NCBI GenBank assembly: GCA_963575745.1
Contig: CAUYUJ010000002.1
Coordinates: 1,798,001-1,862,000 of the forward strand
Direction of reading: 5' to 3'
Length of the DNA stretch: 64,000 bases
Source: Prorocentrum cordatum
Lineage: Eukaryota
Below are positions 17,353 through 28,600 of this stretch, one piece after another. Below the pieces are notes generated by a model. The model was given only the letters and a program-made list of their open reading frames with translations. It was not told the DNA's origin and did no database searches. The translations under genes were made by a program, and so were the position numbers. Within the stretch, counting starts at the first letter, position 1. Every line of letters starts with the position of its first letter.

Positions 17353-17550
17353 GAAGAACAGAAAGCGCCATAAACATAAACTGTTGGCGCTCAGCGCGGA
17401 TTTCTTGGATCCGCGCTGCGCCCCCCCCCGGCGGCGCCTCCGGCGCCGCCCCTGGCGCACTCCGCGCGCCAGGGCGGGGGGCCCAGCGCAGAGGCAAGAA
17501 ATCCGCGCGGAGCGCCAAAAGTTTATGTCGATGGAGTTGTTTCTTATTCT
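17353..17550. mobile_element. Palindromic MITE-like family D; other copies at 5552-5747, 6772-6905, 19681-19842, partial 50044-50095
   Basis: ~45-65-bp inverted arms: CATAAACTGTTGGCGCTCAGCGCGGATTTCTTGGATCCGCGCTG ... CAGCGCAGAGGCAAGAAATCCGCGCGGAGCGCCAAAAGTTTATG. Confidence 0.75.
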
Positions 17551-20248
17551 ATGCGCGCGGGCAGGCTTCGCTCAGCTCCTCCTCGCCGAACTGCACAGAT
17601 CCAAGACGTCCGCGCGGAGCACCACAAGTTCATGTTGATGCAGTTGTGTCTGCTTCTGTTTGGGGGGGGCCCTGGCTTGTCCAAGACAAGAGCTGGCTAG
17701 CTGGACTCCTGCCAGCTGTCCCACCCCCTCCCCGAGGCGTTGTTGCTGCCCTTTCTTCGTGGCCCAGCTTCCTGTGCGTATGCGCAGGGCCTCCGGTCTG
17801 CTGCTAGTCGCGGTCGTGCTTCGACTAGCGTTCTGCCCACGCACACTCATATGCACGTTTACACTTTTGCTTGTTCTCAGTGCTGTAGGCAATTCCAGCG
17901 TACGGCGAAGCCACAGCCCACCGCATCGCTCTTCCCGTTCTTTCTCCTCGCCCCAATTCGCGATCGTCATTCGTCGCCAGTCAGAGACAGTGTCATCTTC
18001 CCCCCTTTCTCAGCATCACGTTCTTCCTTTTTCACCCTCCTCCTTGCTTTTGTTTCATATGTTCTCCTCACCCTCGCTCATGCTCTGCCACCTCTTCCTG
18101 CTCCTCTTCCTCCTCTTGCTTCCCACGATCCGCCTTCCTCTTCGTCACCCCTGCTTCCTCTCAGCTTCCTCATTCCTCCCTTTTCCTTCTCCCACCCCGC
18201 TCCTCCCGAATATTCCTCACTCCTCCCGTGTGGGGTCGAACCGTTGGAGCAATTCCGTGTGCATCTCTTCGGGTATTGTTTGCAAATACAGCCGCAGTTG
18301 GGGCCAAAAGGGGATTTCGTTCCTTGCTCGAGCTCCCTCGGGGAGCTTCCCTTCTCCATGATGACCGCGCGAGGGCGCGGAACTGAACGCGTTTCGCTCT
18401 TACCTTCGCGCGGCGCCCCCAAAAAACGATTAAAGATTGTCCCGAGCTGCTCAATAGGAGGGGGGGGTGCAAATCTCCTGGGGGTGGGGGTCGAATATGC
18501 CTGTCTGGAGGCAGGTTTGCCGCGCGCAAGCGGGCTGGAACGGGCCGTCGGGTTGAACGGCATGGGGAGGGTGTTTCTTGAACGATCTGGAGTATAGTCG
18601 GACCGATGAATAAGATCGAGGTCGGTTCGGGGAGGGTACCCTAGTGTTCTTCGTGTTTGTTGGGCTTTCCTGTGCATGCTGCGGAGCGGAGGGTACCCTT
18701 GGATATTATGCGTGCTTTGGCCAGGGGAGGGTCTCATGTTCTTGGGGGATGTTCTTATGTCCTGGGTCGACTGAAGTCCGCTAGGCTTCCACAGGCCGGG
18801 CCCAGGAGCTTGCCGTCCGGCAGCACCGAGGGCACGAGAAGCCAGGCCCCCCAAACCTGGATGTGGCTGGCCAACCAGGGCCCTCAAAACACTCCACCTG
18901 GAGAGAACGAGGGCTGGAGAATGGGCTCGACACCCACGGCTGCAGTGGTCCACGGGCGTGCCGACGCCACGGTCTGTCAGAGTCCCCCGTGTCCAGGGCC
19001 CTGAGGGCGGCGAACGTACAGCGAGCGGCTTGAATAAGGAACACTTACTTTTCAAAAGGGGCTCGGTCGTTCCTCAGGCCTGCATGCGTTATCGATCGCT
19101 CCTTAGGCGTTATGTATGCTGGATTCTTCCTTATGCGTTACTCCTTGAAAACAGGGGCTCCGTTCCTTATCTATCGTTCCTTGGGTCAGGCCGATGACTG
19201 TATCCCTGCCCACCCCGTCGCGGCCTGGCTTCCGGGGCGCGATCCCGCGGGCACGCGGTCGCCAGGACACGCTCCATGCGCGCGGGGCAGCCGCGGAGAA
19301 GCGCCCCGTGTCCATGGGGTCGCGGCCTCGCAAGGCTGCGGAGACGTAGTATGCGCTTCCCGCCCACGGACAAACAAAAAAGCGGGCAGAGGACGTTTCG
19401 AGGAGGAACATTTTCATGACACCAATCAAAAACCCACTCAGTGGATTGTTTGAAATGGGATCGATGAAGATATTGGGAGTTCGACCGGGACCTCGGGAAC
19501 CTGGGACCCGGAACACACCGAATTCGGCCCGGAACCAGTGATCAGGAATCCGGGAACCCGGGACCAGGAGCCCGGGAACCCGGGAACCCAGCCAGCCACC
19601 AAAATCGGCGGGACATTTTCGCCAAATCTTTCAATTTCCGCTAGGACCCCTTCAGTGCAAGCACTGATATGGGGAATTACCATAAACTTTCGGAGCCCCG
19701 CACGGATTTCCTGGATCTGCGCTGGCTGCGCTGGGTACCCCCCCTCCCCGGCGCGCGGAGCGCGCCAGGGGCGGGGCCGGGAGGCGCCGCCAGGGGGCCC
19801 AGCGCAGATCAAGGAAATCCGCACGGGCCGTCGAAAGTATGTGAGGCGTTCCAGACAGGGCCTTGCCTTCGAGGATCTAAGGAATTGTCATCTTTTCCTC
19901 GGCGGAAGGCGGCGGAAGGGCGGCGGAAGTTAAACGAGGCCGCCTCCGCCGGCGGAAGCCGGCGGAAGCTCGGCGGAAGGCGGCGGAAGTAAAAGATGTG
20001 CCCCCAAGAGATGAACATTTGTGTTGGTTCAGTGTTTCTGAAATCGCCCATACAGTCGAGATTGATTAGTAGGTCGACCTTGCCAACTCAAGGGTCCCCT
20101 TGTGACCTGAGCTGCGCGATCCATGCCTTCTTACATTTCTATGGCAATGTGGCCCTCGGGTCTTGCGTCCTCTCGCGTATCCTCTCCCATCAACCCCCGG
20201 GCGCGAGCGCGTCGCCACGGCCTCGCCGCGGGCGCGGGGGGCCCGCAG

Positions 20249-20289
20249 GTGGCGGCCTTCGCGCAGTTCGGCTCTGACCTGGACGCGTC
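20249..20289 (+). CDS. atp1: F1 ATP synthase alpha subunit, next exon (3' boundary 20286 or 20289)
   Basis: CAG|GTG GCG GCC TTC... encodes VAAFAQFGSDLDA(S), the exact continuation of ...AQYRE. Possible donors are GC|GT after 20286 or TC|GC after 20289. Confidence 0.9.
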
Positions 20290-20323
20290 GCCGCCTCGGA
20301 GTGCTCGAGTAGAAGGTTGACTA

Positions 20324-20509
20324 CCCAGACATGCGACATCCGATTTTTTTTGATACGGGGTCCCTGGAAGTCCCGACCTTTTCCCCAGTACCTGCTTTTC
20401 GTCTTGAGTCGTTTTTTGACTGTCCCGAGGCCCGGCGAGGGCCCCCCGAGGCCGAAAATTGGCAAAAATCTCCCGTCCTGATTTGTTTTACGACGCGATC
20501 ATGTCTGCG
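20324..20509. mobile_element. ~185-bp MITE-like family T with short TIR CCCAGACATG; other copies at 43576-43762, 44768-44945, 58027-58214, partial 42735-42885
   Basis: A shared internal sequence (ttcggcctcggg..ccctc..ggcctcg..ccgtcaaaaa..gactc..ccggtcccg.ggaaagggtcggg..tccaggga) occurs in both orientations, with termini cccagacatg...catgtctg. Confidence 0.72.
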
Positions 20510-23451
20510 TGCAGACTTGACTTTCCCTTAGAAATACTTAAGGAGGTCTGATTTGAGGGGGGGGTCTGATGTGAGCTGTCATGGAGGGTTCGGGGGAGTC
20601 TGAACGAAAGGCAGCCCTCTCATGGCTGGTTTGAGGTCTGAGGGGGGTCTGAAACGGCCCGTCTGGCGGGTATCAGAGACCCCCTTTATTTCGGCATCGA
20701 GAGTATTTTACGCCGAATCTGCAATAAGTGCGTAGACTGCTGAGTAAAAAACAATTTGGGGTACATGAATTATGTAGTCGATCTTCAAGTCGAATTGCGC
20801 GCCCCACCATTCCGGTCGCCTGAGCTTGGTCAGCGGCGCACGGGGACCCCTGCCATCCTCAAGCAAGACATCAAGCAAGCACGATGGTGGTTACGAAACG
20901 CACACGAGCACGTCGCCACCATCGTGTGGTATCGTGACACGCACCGACTGCGACCCGCCACGCCGTGACCGAAGAGACGGTGTCCCGCCACAGCGCTGGC
21001 ATGGCCGCCCCACCCCCAGCTGCTTCGCAGGCGCGCTCCGTAAGCTTTCTAGGGCCACGTTGCTCGTGGGCGCCCTCTCTTTCGCCGGGTGGGAGGGTGG
21101 AGGAGGAGGGAGGAAAAGGGTTGAAGCATTGTGTACCGCACAGTGTCGTCACTTGGATTTCGGCCGTGAGACATGCACGACGGGAGGAGTTTGATCATTT
21201 TTACCTTGGGCCCTCACCGAGGGCATCAGGAAGCTGATCTCCGAGCACGGTGGCCCGTGGGGCGAGCGGTGGCAGGCCTTGGCCAGAACGTGGCGCGCCC
21301 ATCTCCAGAGACACTGGCGCACGCCTGCCGCCAGGGCGCTCGCAGCAGCGGGCGGGCTGGCTACCGCGCGCGTCATCACCCGGACAGAGAACTTCCTCCG
21401 CGGCAGGGGGACAGGGCGCTTCGGCACACGGCGGGTGAGAGGGAGGCCCATCCGTTGGGTAGAGCATGCGTGATGCTGCGTGTGCATGCGCATTGTATGC
21501 CAGTGTGTTTGTGCGTTGACAGCTTCCTGTGCGCTGCCCTCATCGGCGCCTAATAGTAAAATTGGGCCCTCACCGGCCCCAGGAGCCGTCACCAAGAATG
21601 CTGGGGAGGAAAAGCCAGCCCCGGGGAAGGGTCCAGGCTTTGCGGAGCCGTTTTATGTAAGAGTCACGCCGACGGATGCCTGGGGGAACGCGAAGGGGGT
21701 ATCAGAAGCCTTGCCTCCTTCTGATGAGCATTCTCAGACGGGCGGGGCCCCTTCGAAGAGGCCACGTGTGGAAGGTAGCCCCCTCCGCACCAGGCCCTTT
21801 GCTGCGCGCCGTCCATGGGGGAGCGACGTCTTTGACCAAAGACGGCTTGCGGCAGGAGGGGGGGAGCGGAGGGCGATCCTTGAAGAACGACGATACACAT
21901 GGGTCTCAGGATGTGGTTGAGCTGCTCGTCGTGGGGGCGAACTCCGCTGCGCCCTGGTGTTACACTCCGCCTCCGCACGCCCCGGTCGCCCAGCCGGGGC
22001 AGCAAGGAAGCAGGGGGAGCGGGGAAGGCTTCTTAGAAGCACCCTGCCACCCTGCTTCTTAGAAGGCGCGGGCCTTAACACTACAGAGCAGGCTTGCGCC
22101 TCCTAATCAGCAGCCTCCTTCTAAGAAGCCTTCCCCCCTCCCCCTGCGTACCCCGTTGTGCACGCCGCCCAGGGTGTCTTGGGGGCCTCTTGGAGGTCTC
22201 TGGGGGCATCTTGCAGATTCTGGGGAAGGCACGCTCGGTGTTTGTCGGAGGCTTGGGGACCATCGTGGGGGGCAGAGAGCCAGGACAATCAGGAAGAAAC
22301 CCAGCCCCGTGCCAACGCGGCACGGTAGCATATTCAAAACGTTTGGTGCTGCTTCCCGTTTGAACGTCCTGGATCGATTCGGCGACCTCCTCGGAGTCCC
22401 TTCTCCCCCTCGGTATATCGCCGAGGGTCCGAGCGTCGGCGAAGTTTGCGAGATTGATGGCAGGTCTCCGCGCTCTTGCGTCACGTGCCCAGGTTCGATC
22501 GTGCCTATCGTTCATGTCGTCGTTGTTGTCCATTAGGCTCAAGGAGTGGCAGCTCCGCATGAGGCGATGTGAAACTCGGAGCATTGACACATCGCTCGGC
22601 GAGGTCGGTCGCCATGCGGCGAGACGGTCCGCCGCGAGGAGGTCGGCCGTCGGATGCAGAAGGGCACGAGCCGCTGAGCTACGCCTGCGCCGCCAGCAGA
22701 GGCGACCGGCTGCGGGCCGCACTGGCTGCTCCCTCGGGCGCGTCGCCGCGCTCGTTGGCGTCGCAGTCGCTCGGCACGATAGAGATCAGCGCGACCGAGA
22801 TGCAGGTGCAGGCCGCTACGGGAGGAAGGGAGTGAGGAGGGAGGGGGGAGGAGGGGGAGGCGGGGAGGGGCAGAAAAAGGACGAGAGGAGGAGGAGGAGG
22901 AGGAGGAGGAGGAGGAGGAGGGCAAGGAGGCAAGAGGAGGGGGGGAGAAAAGGAAGAGGAAGAGAAGTAGGACGGGGGAAGGAGGGTGAGGCAAAAAGGG
23001 GCACGGAGAAGGAGAGATGATGGGGGGGGGTTAGCGGCAGGGAGGGGGGAAGAGAGAGGAGGAGGAGGAGGAGGAGGAGGAGGAGGAGGAGGAGGAGGAG
23101 GAGGAGGGGGAAGGGAAGGAGGATGAGGAGGAGGAGGAGGAGGAGGATGCGGAGGAGGAGGAGGAGGTGGAGCAGGATCCTCGTCGGGGACGTCGACGAC
23201 GGCAACGACGTCGACGTCGAAGTCGCCGTCCTGAACATTTGCGGGTGCTCCTGCAGGATCTGACGGGCATGAGCTCGCTGCGGGCTGCCTTGGCGCCACC
23301 GCCGGGCAGCGCGCGCAGGTGGCCCCGGCAGTGCGGAGCCGCCCGCGACGGCGAGGACGCTGGCCTGTGCCAGGCAGAGAGGATCGGACGGGGCTAGGAC
23401 GAGAATAAATCCGGACGACTCAATTTTTTCACAACGGGCGTTTTCCCCTAG

Positions 23452-23712
23452 TTTCGGGCCCCAGGAACTTTATAGAGCGATCTGGCTCGAAAAATGACGC
23501 AGAAAGATGGGGTCCAGAGCTCTGGTCGTGCTGTGTCACGATGTTTCAATTTTTTGAGACGTCGGATCTCAGGGTGGAACGAGGATAAATCCGTTCCAGG
23601 ACGTTCCAGAACGCTCTCAGAGCGTTCCAGACCTCTCTGAGAAGGCCGCGGCGCCAGAGACATTTTCCAGAGCCGCCAGATCTCAGAGATTATCGATGCA
23701 TCCTCACCCGAA
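23452..23712 (+). repeat. Dispersed repeat family (SINE/MITE-like); other copies at 3170-3325, 43354-43478, 44959-45045, 57464-57690
   Basis: Shared gctcgaaaaatgacgcagaaagatggggtccag...gagacgtcggatctcagg...ttccaggacgttcc.gaacgctctgagaaggccgcggcgcca. Several copies are partial. Confidence 0.75.
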
Positions 23713-24037
23713 TTTGTCTTCGTCCGCGCGCTTCGTCTTGGAGCCGGGGGTGGACAGAACCGCCACCTTGACACGTTGATTAGTGATTTGTCAGTTTTCG
23801 GTTTTCGAGAGGGCGCCGCGGCCGTCATTTTGCAGGCTTGCGTCCGCCAGGTTTAGGCACGAGGTCGTTTTCGCTAAACCACGTTTTATTGTAGTGGCCT
23901 CCGGCCAGTGCCGCCGATCCGGGGCGCTCCTGATTATATTGTGGTTGAGATGGACGATGACGACGACAACGGACGACCAACGGTCGACGAGCTGGATAAT
24001 TACGACGACGACCGACGAAGGAGTTCATGACGACGAA

Positions 24038-24038
24038 C

Positions 24039-24108
<70 letters not shown>
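24038..24108. repeat. (GAC)n microsatellite; a (GTC)n tract occurs at ~58620-58715
   Basis: Seen directly in the sequence. Confidence 0.95.
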
Positions 24109-24249
24109 TGACGGCGAACGGCTGCCGACGGCCGACGACCGACGACTGGTGACGGCGACGGGTGGCAGGTTCTTCGTTCATCGCTTTCGCTTCCGAGCAA
24201 TACCAAGTCAGGCCGTGCACCTCTGGCCTGGCAGCACGCGCGTGAGCGC

Positions 24250-24840
24250 CTCTTGGGGCCTCTTGGTTCTTGTTGATTCGTGGGGGCCTTTGGGGCCTCT
24301 TGGGGGCCTCTCGGGGTCCTCTTGGTGGCCTCTTGGGGACCTCTTGGGGGCCTCTGGGGGCCCCTTGGGGGCGCCTCGGGGGCATCTTGGGGGCTCTTGG
24401 GGTCATCTTGGGGTGGAGGACTAGAAGGTCCGTTCGGGTTCACCCTGTTGAGGCCATCTTGGGGGCCTCTCGGGGTCGTCTTGTGAGGCCTCCAGGGCTA
24501 TATTGGGGCCCTCTTGGACCGTCTTGGCTCCTCTTGGGGGCATCTTGGGCTGTCTTGGGGCGATATCGGAGGCCTCTTGGACCGTGTTCGGCGCTTCTAA
24601 GACGGAAAAGGCGATAATGTTAAAATGTTTCAAAACCTATTAGCTCATGTATTATTGTACCCTCTTGGGGCTCTCTTGGGGGGCCTCTTGGGATCTCCTT
24701 GAGGCGTCTTTGAGGCCTCTTGGGCCGTCTTCAGGCCATCTTGGGCGTCCAGGAGCGCTCTTGGGCCGTTTCGGGCGCCTCCTGGACCGTCTTGGTGGCC
24801 TCCTGGGCCCCTTTTGGCCCATCTTGGGGCGGTTTGGGAT
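24250..24840. repeat. Degenerate GGGGCCTCTTG-unit repeat family; related tracts at ~2225-2400, 15340-15560, 22170-22210
   Basis: Iterated ggggcctctt/ggccatcttgg units. Confidence 0.7.
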
Positions 24841-25515
24841 TCCCGGCTGGGTGGGGAAAGAAAGCGTGGACCCGATGACCCCCCCCCCTCCCCCCCCTAC
24901 CCCGGCAGAGCCCCCCCGGCCCCCCCCAGCAGAGCTGAAGCTCAGGTTGTAGCTTTCTTAAACTCACACGCCGGATCGGCGGATTACTGAAGGGGGTCCT
25001 GTCCATCCCCGATAGAGGAGCCTGATCTGCGCGCGCTCGGCCCTGGAGGACAGCCCGCTCAAGTCTCAGAGGATCCTCAGCGAGTACTTCGCGAGCCCGG
25101 CCCCCGAGGACCGTCCGCGCGCGCTCGAGGCGGCGAGGCCCGCGCGCTGGCGCCACGACGGCGCGTCCTCGGCAGGCAGCAGCCTGCTCGGGGAGCAGAG
25201 AAGCCCGAGCGAGTGCCTGCAGCGCGTTGGCCTGGAGGGCGGCAGCCCGCCCGAGGCATCGGGCGTCGCGGAATGGGGGGCGATACCCAGACCTCCTCCT
25301 CCTCCTCTTCCTCCTCCTCCGCCTCCTCCTCCTCCTTCTCCTCCTCCTCCTCCTCCCCCTCCTCCTCCTCCTCCTCCTCCTCCTCCTCCTCCTCCTCCCT
25401 CCTCCTCCCCCGCCTCCCCCTCCTCCTCCTCCCCTCCTCCTCCTCCTCCTCCTCCTCCTCCTCTTCTGCCCCCTCCCCCTCCTCCCCTTCCTCCTCCTCC
25501 TCCTCCTCCTCCTCC

Positions 25516-25547
<32 letters not shown>

Positions 25548-25582
25548 CTCCTCCTCCTCCTCCTCCTCCTCCTCCTCCTCCC

Positions 25583-25604
25583 TCCGTAGTCATTTTGGCT
25601 CAAG
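25583..25604 (+). other. DinoSL spliced-leader copy at the 5' end of a retrotransposon
   Basis: TCCGTAGTCATTTTGGCTCAAG matches DCCGTAGCCATTTTGGCTCAAG at 21/22. It follows a (CCT)n tract directly. Confidence 0.93.
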
Positions 25605-28600
25605 ATGCAAAATTCCTCAGGGCAACAAGTGGATACCGCTAGTCCGCGGCGGGCAAGACCTCTTGAGGTCTGGCAGTGCTTGTGCATCGCACCCACGTTC
25701 GTGTCGGTGGGAAAGCGGAGGCGTTTCCCGTTCCTGCCTGCGCGAGCGTCTCAGATTCGCTAATGGGGGTCGCCGGCCAGAGCGCGCAGCAGGTTCTCCT
25801 CGATGGTTTCGATCCCGCGTCCACCTTCCCCTCGCAGTTTTCTGACGACGCCGCGAAGGGCAACCAGCGTGGGAAGGGTTCTGGTCCATCTCGTGCTGCT
25901 GATGCTGATGTTCCCCCTCCTGGCAAGCGTCGTGCCTTGCCGCCCGCCTCTGAGTGTCGCATGGTCCCGACGGGGCCGTTGAGGATGCCGAAGACGCTGA
26001 GTGGGCTGGAGTGTCAGATGTACACCCACGCAACATTGTGCGATCTGAATGGAGTGGTCTCAAGGAGTTTATGCAGGAAGAAGTGGGCAGGACTGTTGCC
26101 GCATCGGTTTCGGAGTCGAACAAAGCTGTTCTACAGGCGTTGGAAGCCGTCAGGATTCAACTCAATGGACAGGCGTCTTCCCTCGACCAGCAGGTGCAAG
26201 CCGCGATCCAGCCCTCGCTCGACGAGGCCGGGAAGCAGTTCCAGAAGCAGCTTGATGCACAGGCGTTGCGCCTGGACGAGCAGGATGAGAGGTTGGACAA
26301 GCACGGCGCGCAGCTGCAGGCGTTGCAGGGCGAGCTGGTCGAGTTCAGGAAGTTGCTAGCGGTTGCTGAGGAGCGGCCTGTCGCACTGGTTGCGGTGCCG
26401 TCTGGCTTCCCCCGCGACCCCGGCCACGCGATCGTCGTTGTCATGTCGCAGGTGCCGACCTCGCTTGCGGCTGTCAAAAAGTCAACGGATGAGCGGTTGC
26501 AGTCTCTGGCGTTTAAGTCGGAGGAGTACAAGATCGAGGTGGCGGGCCATCCGCCTAGCCGCCGATGCCTCATCAAGTTCGGCGGGCTGGTTGCGCCCGC
26601 GACTAGGAGAATGGCGTTTGGAAGGAGTTCTGGGCGGAGGTCGATGGGGCCCCTGCTTGCCGCCTCCACTTGGGCCCAGACAAAAACCCGCAGCAGGCCA
26701 AGCAAGATATCGCGCTTCGCAAGTGCAAGGACGCGCTTCAAGGCGCGCGCCGTGCTGGTTCAAAGATATTCCTGGATCGCGAGAGGGGGGGTGCTGTGCA
26801 TTGGCTGGGACAAGGTTTTACGTGTTAAAGTCGTCCATGGGGAGACCCCGCCGAAGTTGCGGTGGGTGGTCGAGGGCCTTCAGAAGCATGGGATTACGAA
26901 GGCGCAGGCTGTCGCGGCGACGAAGGTGCCCACGGACCCTCCCTCGGAGCCTCAGTGGTGCCTTCGATGTCGCCTCGGTCTTTCACTTCGGCATGTGGGA
27001 GCGCAGTGGGCCTCCGCCTTCACTGCGGTTTGCGACGTGGAACTGCTGTGCTCTTCTTCAGGCTGCAGGGGTGTAGGCTAGCCTGAAAAGGAACTACTCG
27101 GCGCGGCTTCGCCCACACGACGCGGTCATATCGCTGCAGGAGATCCGCCAGGACGAGCTGCAGTCGCGTGCCTTCATGAAGCAGATCCGCCCCGAGTCCG
27201 CGCAGATTTCGTGCTTCGCGGGCAGGGGGGGGGGGGGGGGGGCGGGCCGCATCAAGGGTGGGGCCGCAATTTTGCTTCCGAAGCTATCCATGGCAGATGG
27301 GGCTCTGACGGTAGTCTCGCATGATAGCCTCATACCTGGGCGAGCGCCGAAAGTGGATATCCAGAGGGGGGATGTCATGCTCACAGTCTTCAACATTCAC
27401 GATCACGGATTGAGTTAGGATGACATTCGTGGCGTGACCGGGCCCATCGGCTCTGCGCTGAAGGCCGCCGCTGACGACCCTGTGCGGAAGTTGTGTGTGG
27501 TCAACGGCGACTTCAATTTTGCTGCGGATGAGGCGCTCATCCTGCGCGCTCCTTCAGCTGCCATTTGGCGGTCTCGCCGTCGGCTCACGCTCTGGAGGAA
27601 GTTGCCGGCGCGCATGCTCGAGCTTGAGGGCGACGAGCCGACCCACTACGTCAGGGGCACCAATGAGTCGCCCAGCATCGACAGGGTCTTTTGCTCCCTC
27701 GCCAGCTGGCAGGCCTGCCAGATGCACATCACCTCGTCGACGGTCGAGTCGGCTGCCGCAGTTTCTGACCAAAAGACCCCGGATCACACTGCAGTGGTTG
27801 TCTCTTTCTTTACCCTCGCCCCTAAGCCCGCTGCCGAGCGCCCCGCCCCACGCGAGCTGCGTCGTGAGCGCGTCTTTCAGGTGCGCCTCGAGGGTCTCAT
27901 TTGTTCCCGTGACTGGGCTTCGATGTCTCCACCCTTTCGTCTTGAACATTGCAAGTTCCTTCGTCGCCAGGCTGGTCTTGACGCGCGTGATCGTCTCTTC
28001 CGCCAGCGACCCCACCACCCGCACACGCTGCTGCTATTTGCTCGGTCCCTGGCCCGCGTGGCACGGGGGCAGGACTGGCGCCTGGCGCGCCGTTTGCAGA
28101 GCTCCCATCCCGAGACCGATACGCGCGTCGTGATTGACGGCGCCAGTGCATCCTTGCGTCGCCCCCCTTCGTTTTAAGAACGGCCCTGTCGTGTCCAACG
28201 CGACGCGGCTGATGCCCTCCGCCGCGAGCTCCAAGCTAGACGTGGCAAGGAAGGGGATGTGCAGCAGATTCGTCTGCAGATCCGTGCGCTTGACGAGAAG
28301 GCGAGGTTGCGGTCCCCGATCGGCAGGCGTCTGTCTCTCTCGGGCGTGGTCGACTCTGCCTCGCACAGCGTCGTGACTGACCCGTCTGACCGCGTCGAGG
28401 CCCTTGGGAGGCACTGGGGCCCCGTCCTTGCCAAGAAGCCGTTTGCTGCTGCCGCTGCGCAGTCGCGTCTTCAGGGGCGCTTGTCGTCGATTGAGGATGT
28501 TATCACGCCGTCGCCGTCGTTGCGTTCGCTGAAGGAAGTGATCAGGAGAGCTCGCCACAGTGCTACGAGGGTGGATGGGTTGCCGCATGATGCCTGGGGG

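Larger units (their letters stand above)
8190..20248 (+). other. atp1 intron, 12.06 kb, GC-AG, hosting a non-LTR retrotransposon
   Basis: Defined by phase-0 joining of ...QYRE to VAAF... Confidence 0.85.

Noticed and set aside
18600..19200. Tyrosine-recombinase (DIRS-like) fragments (AFLCMLRSG, GFFLMRYS)
   Set aside because: These are isolated short resemblances, with no HxxR or catalytic Tyr motif in a consistent frame.
25015..25260. Exon-like GC3-rich fragments (LICARSALEDSPLKSQRILSEYF; also LLEAQANLNEYLAR at ~43090)
   Set aside because: There is no recognisable homology and no verifiable splice partner.
25583..25660. SL-RNA gene
   Set aside because: The SL is followed by ATGC, not a GT/GC donor with an SL-RNA intron, and leads into retrotransposon ORF1. 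The 45200 and 39710 copies likewise lead into further relics and ORF1.
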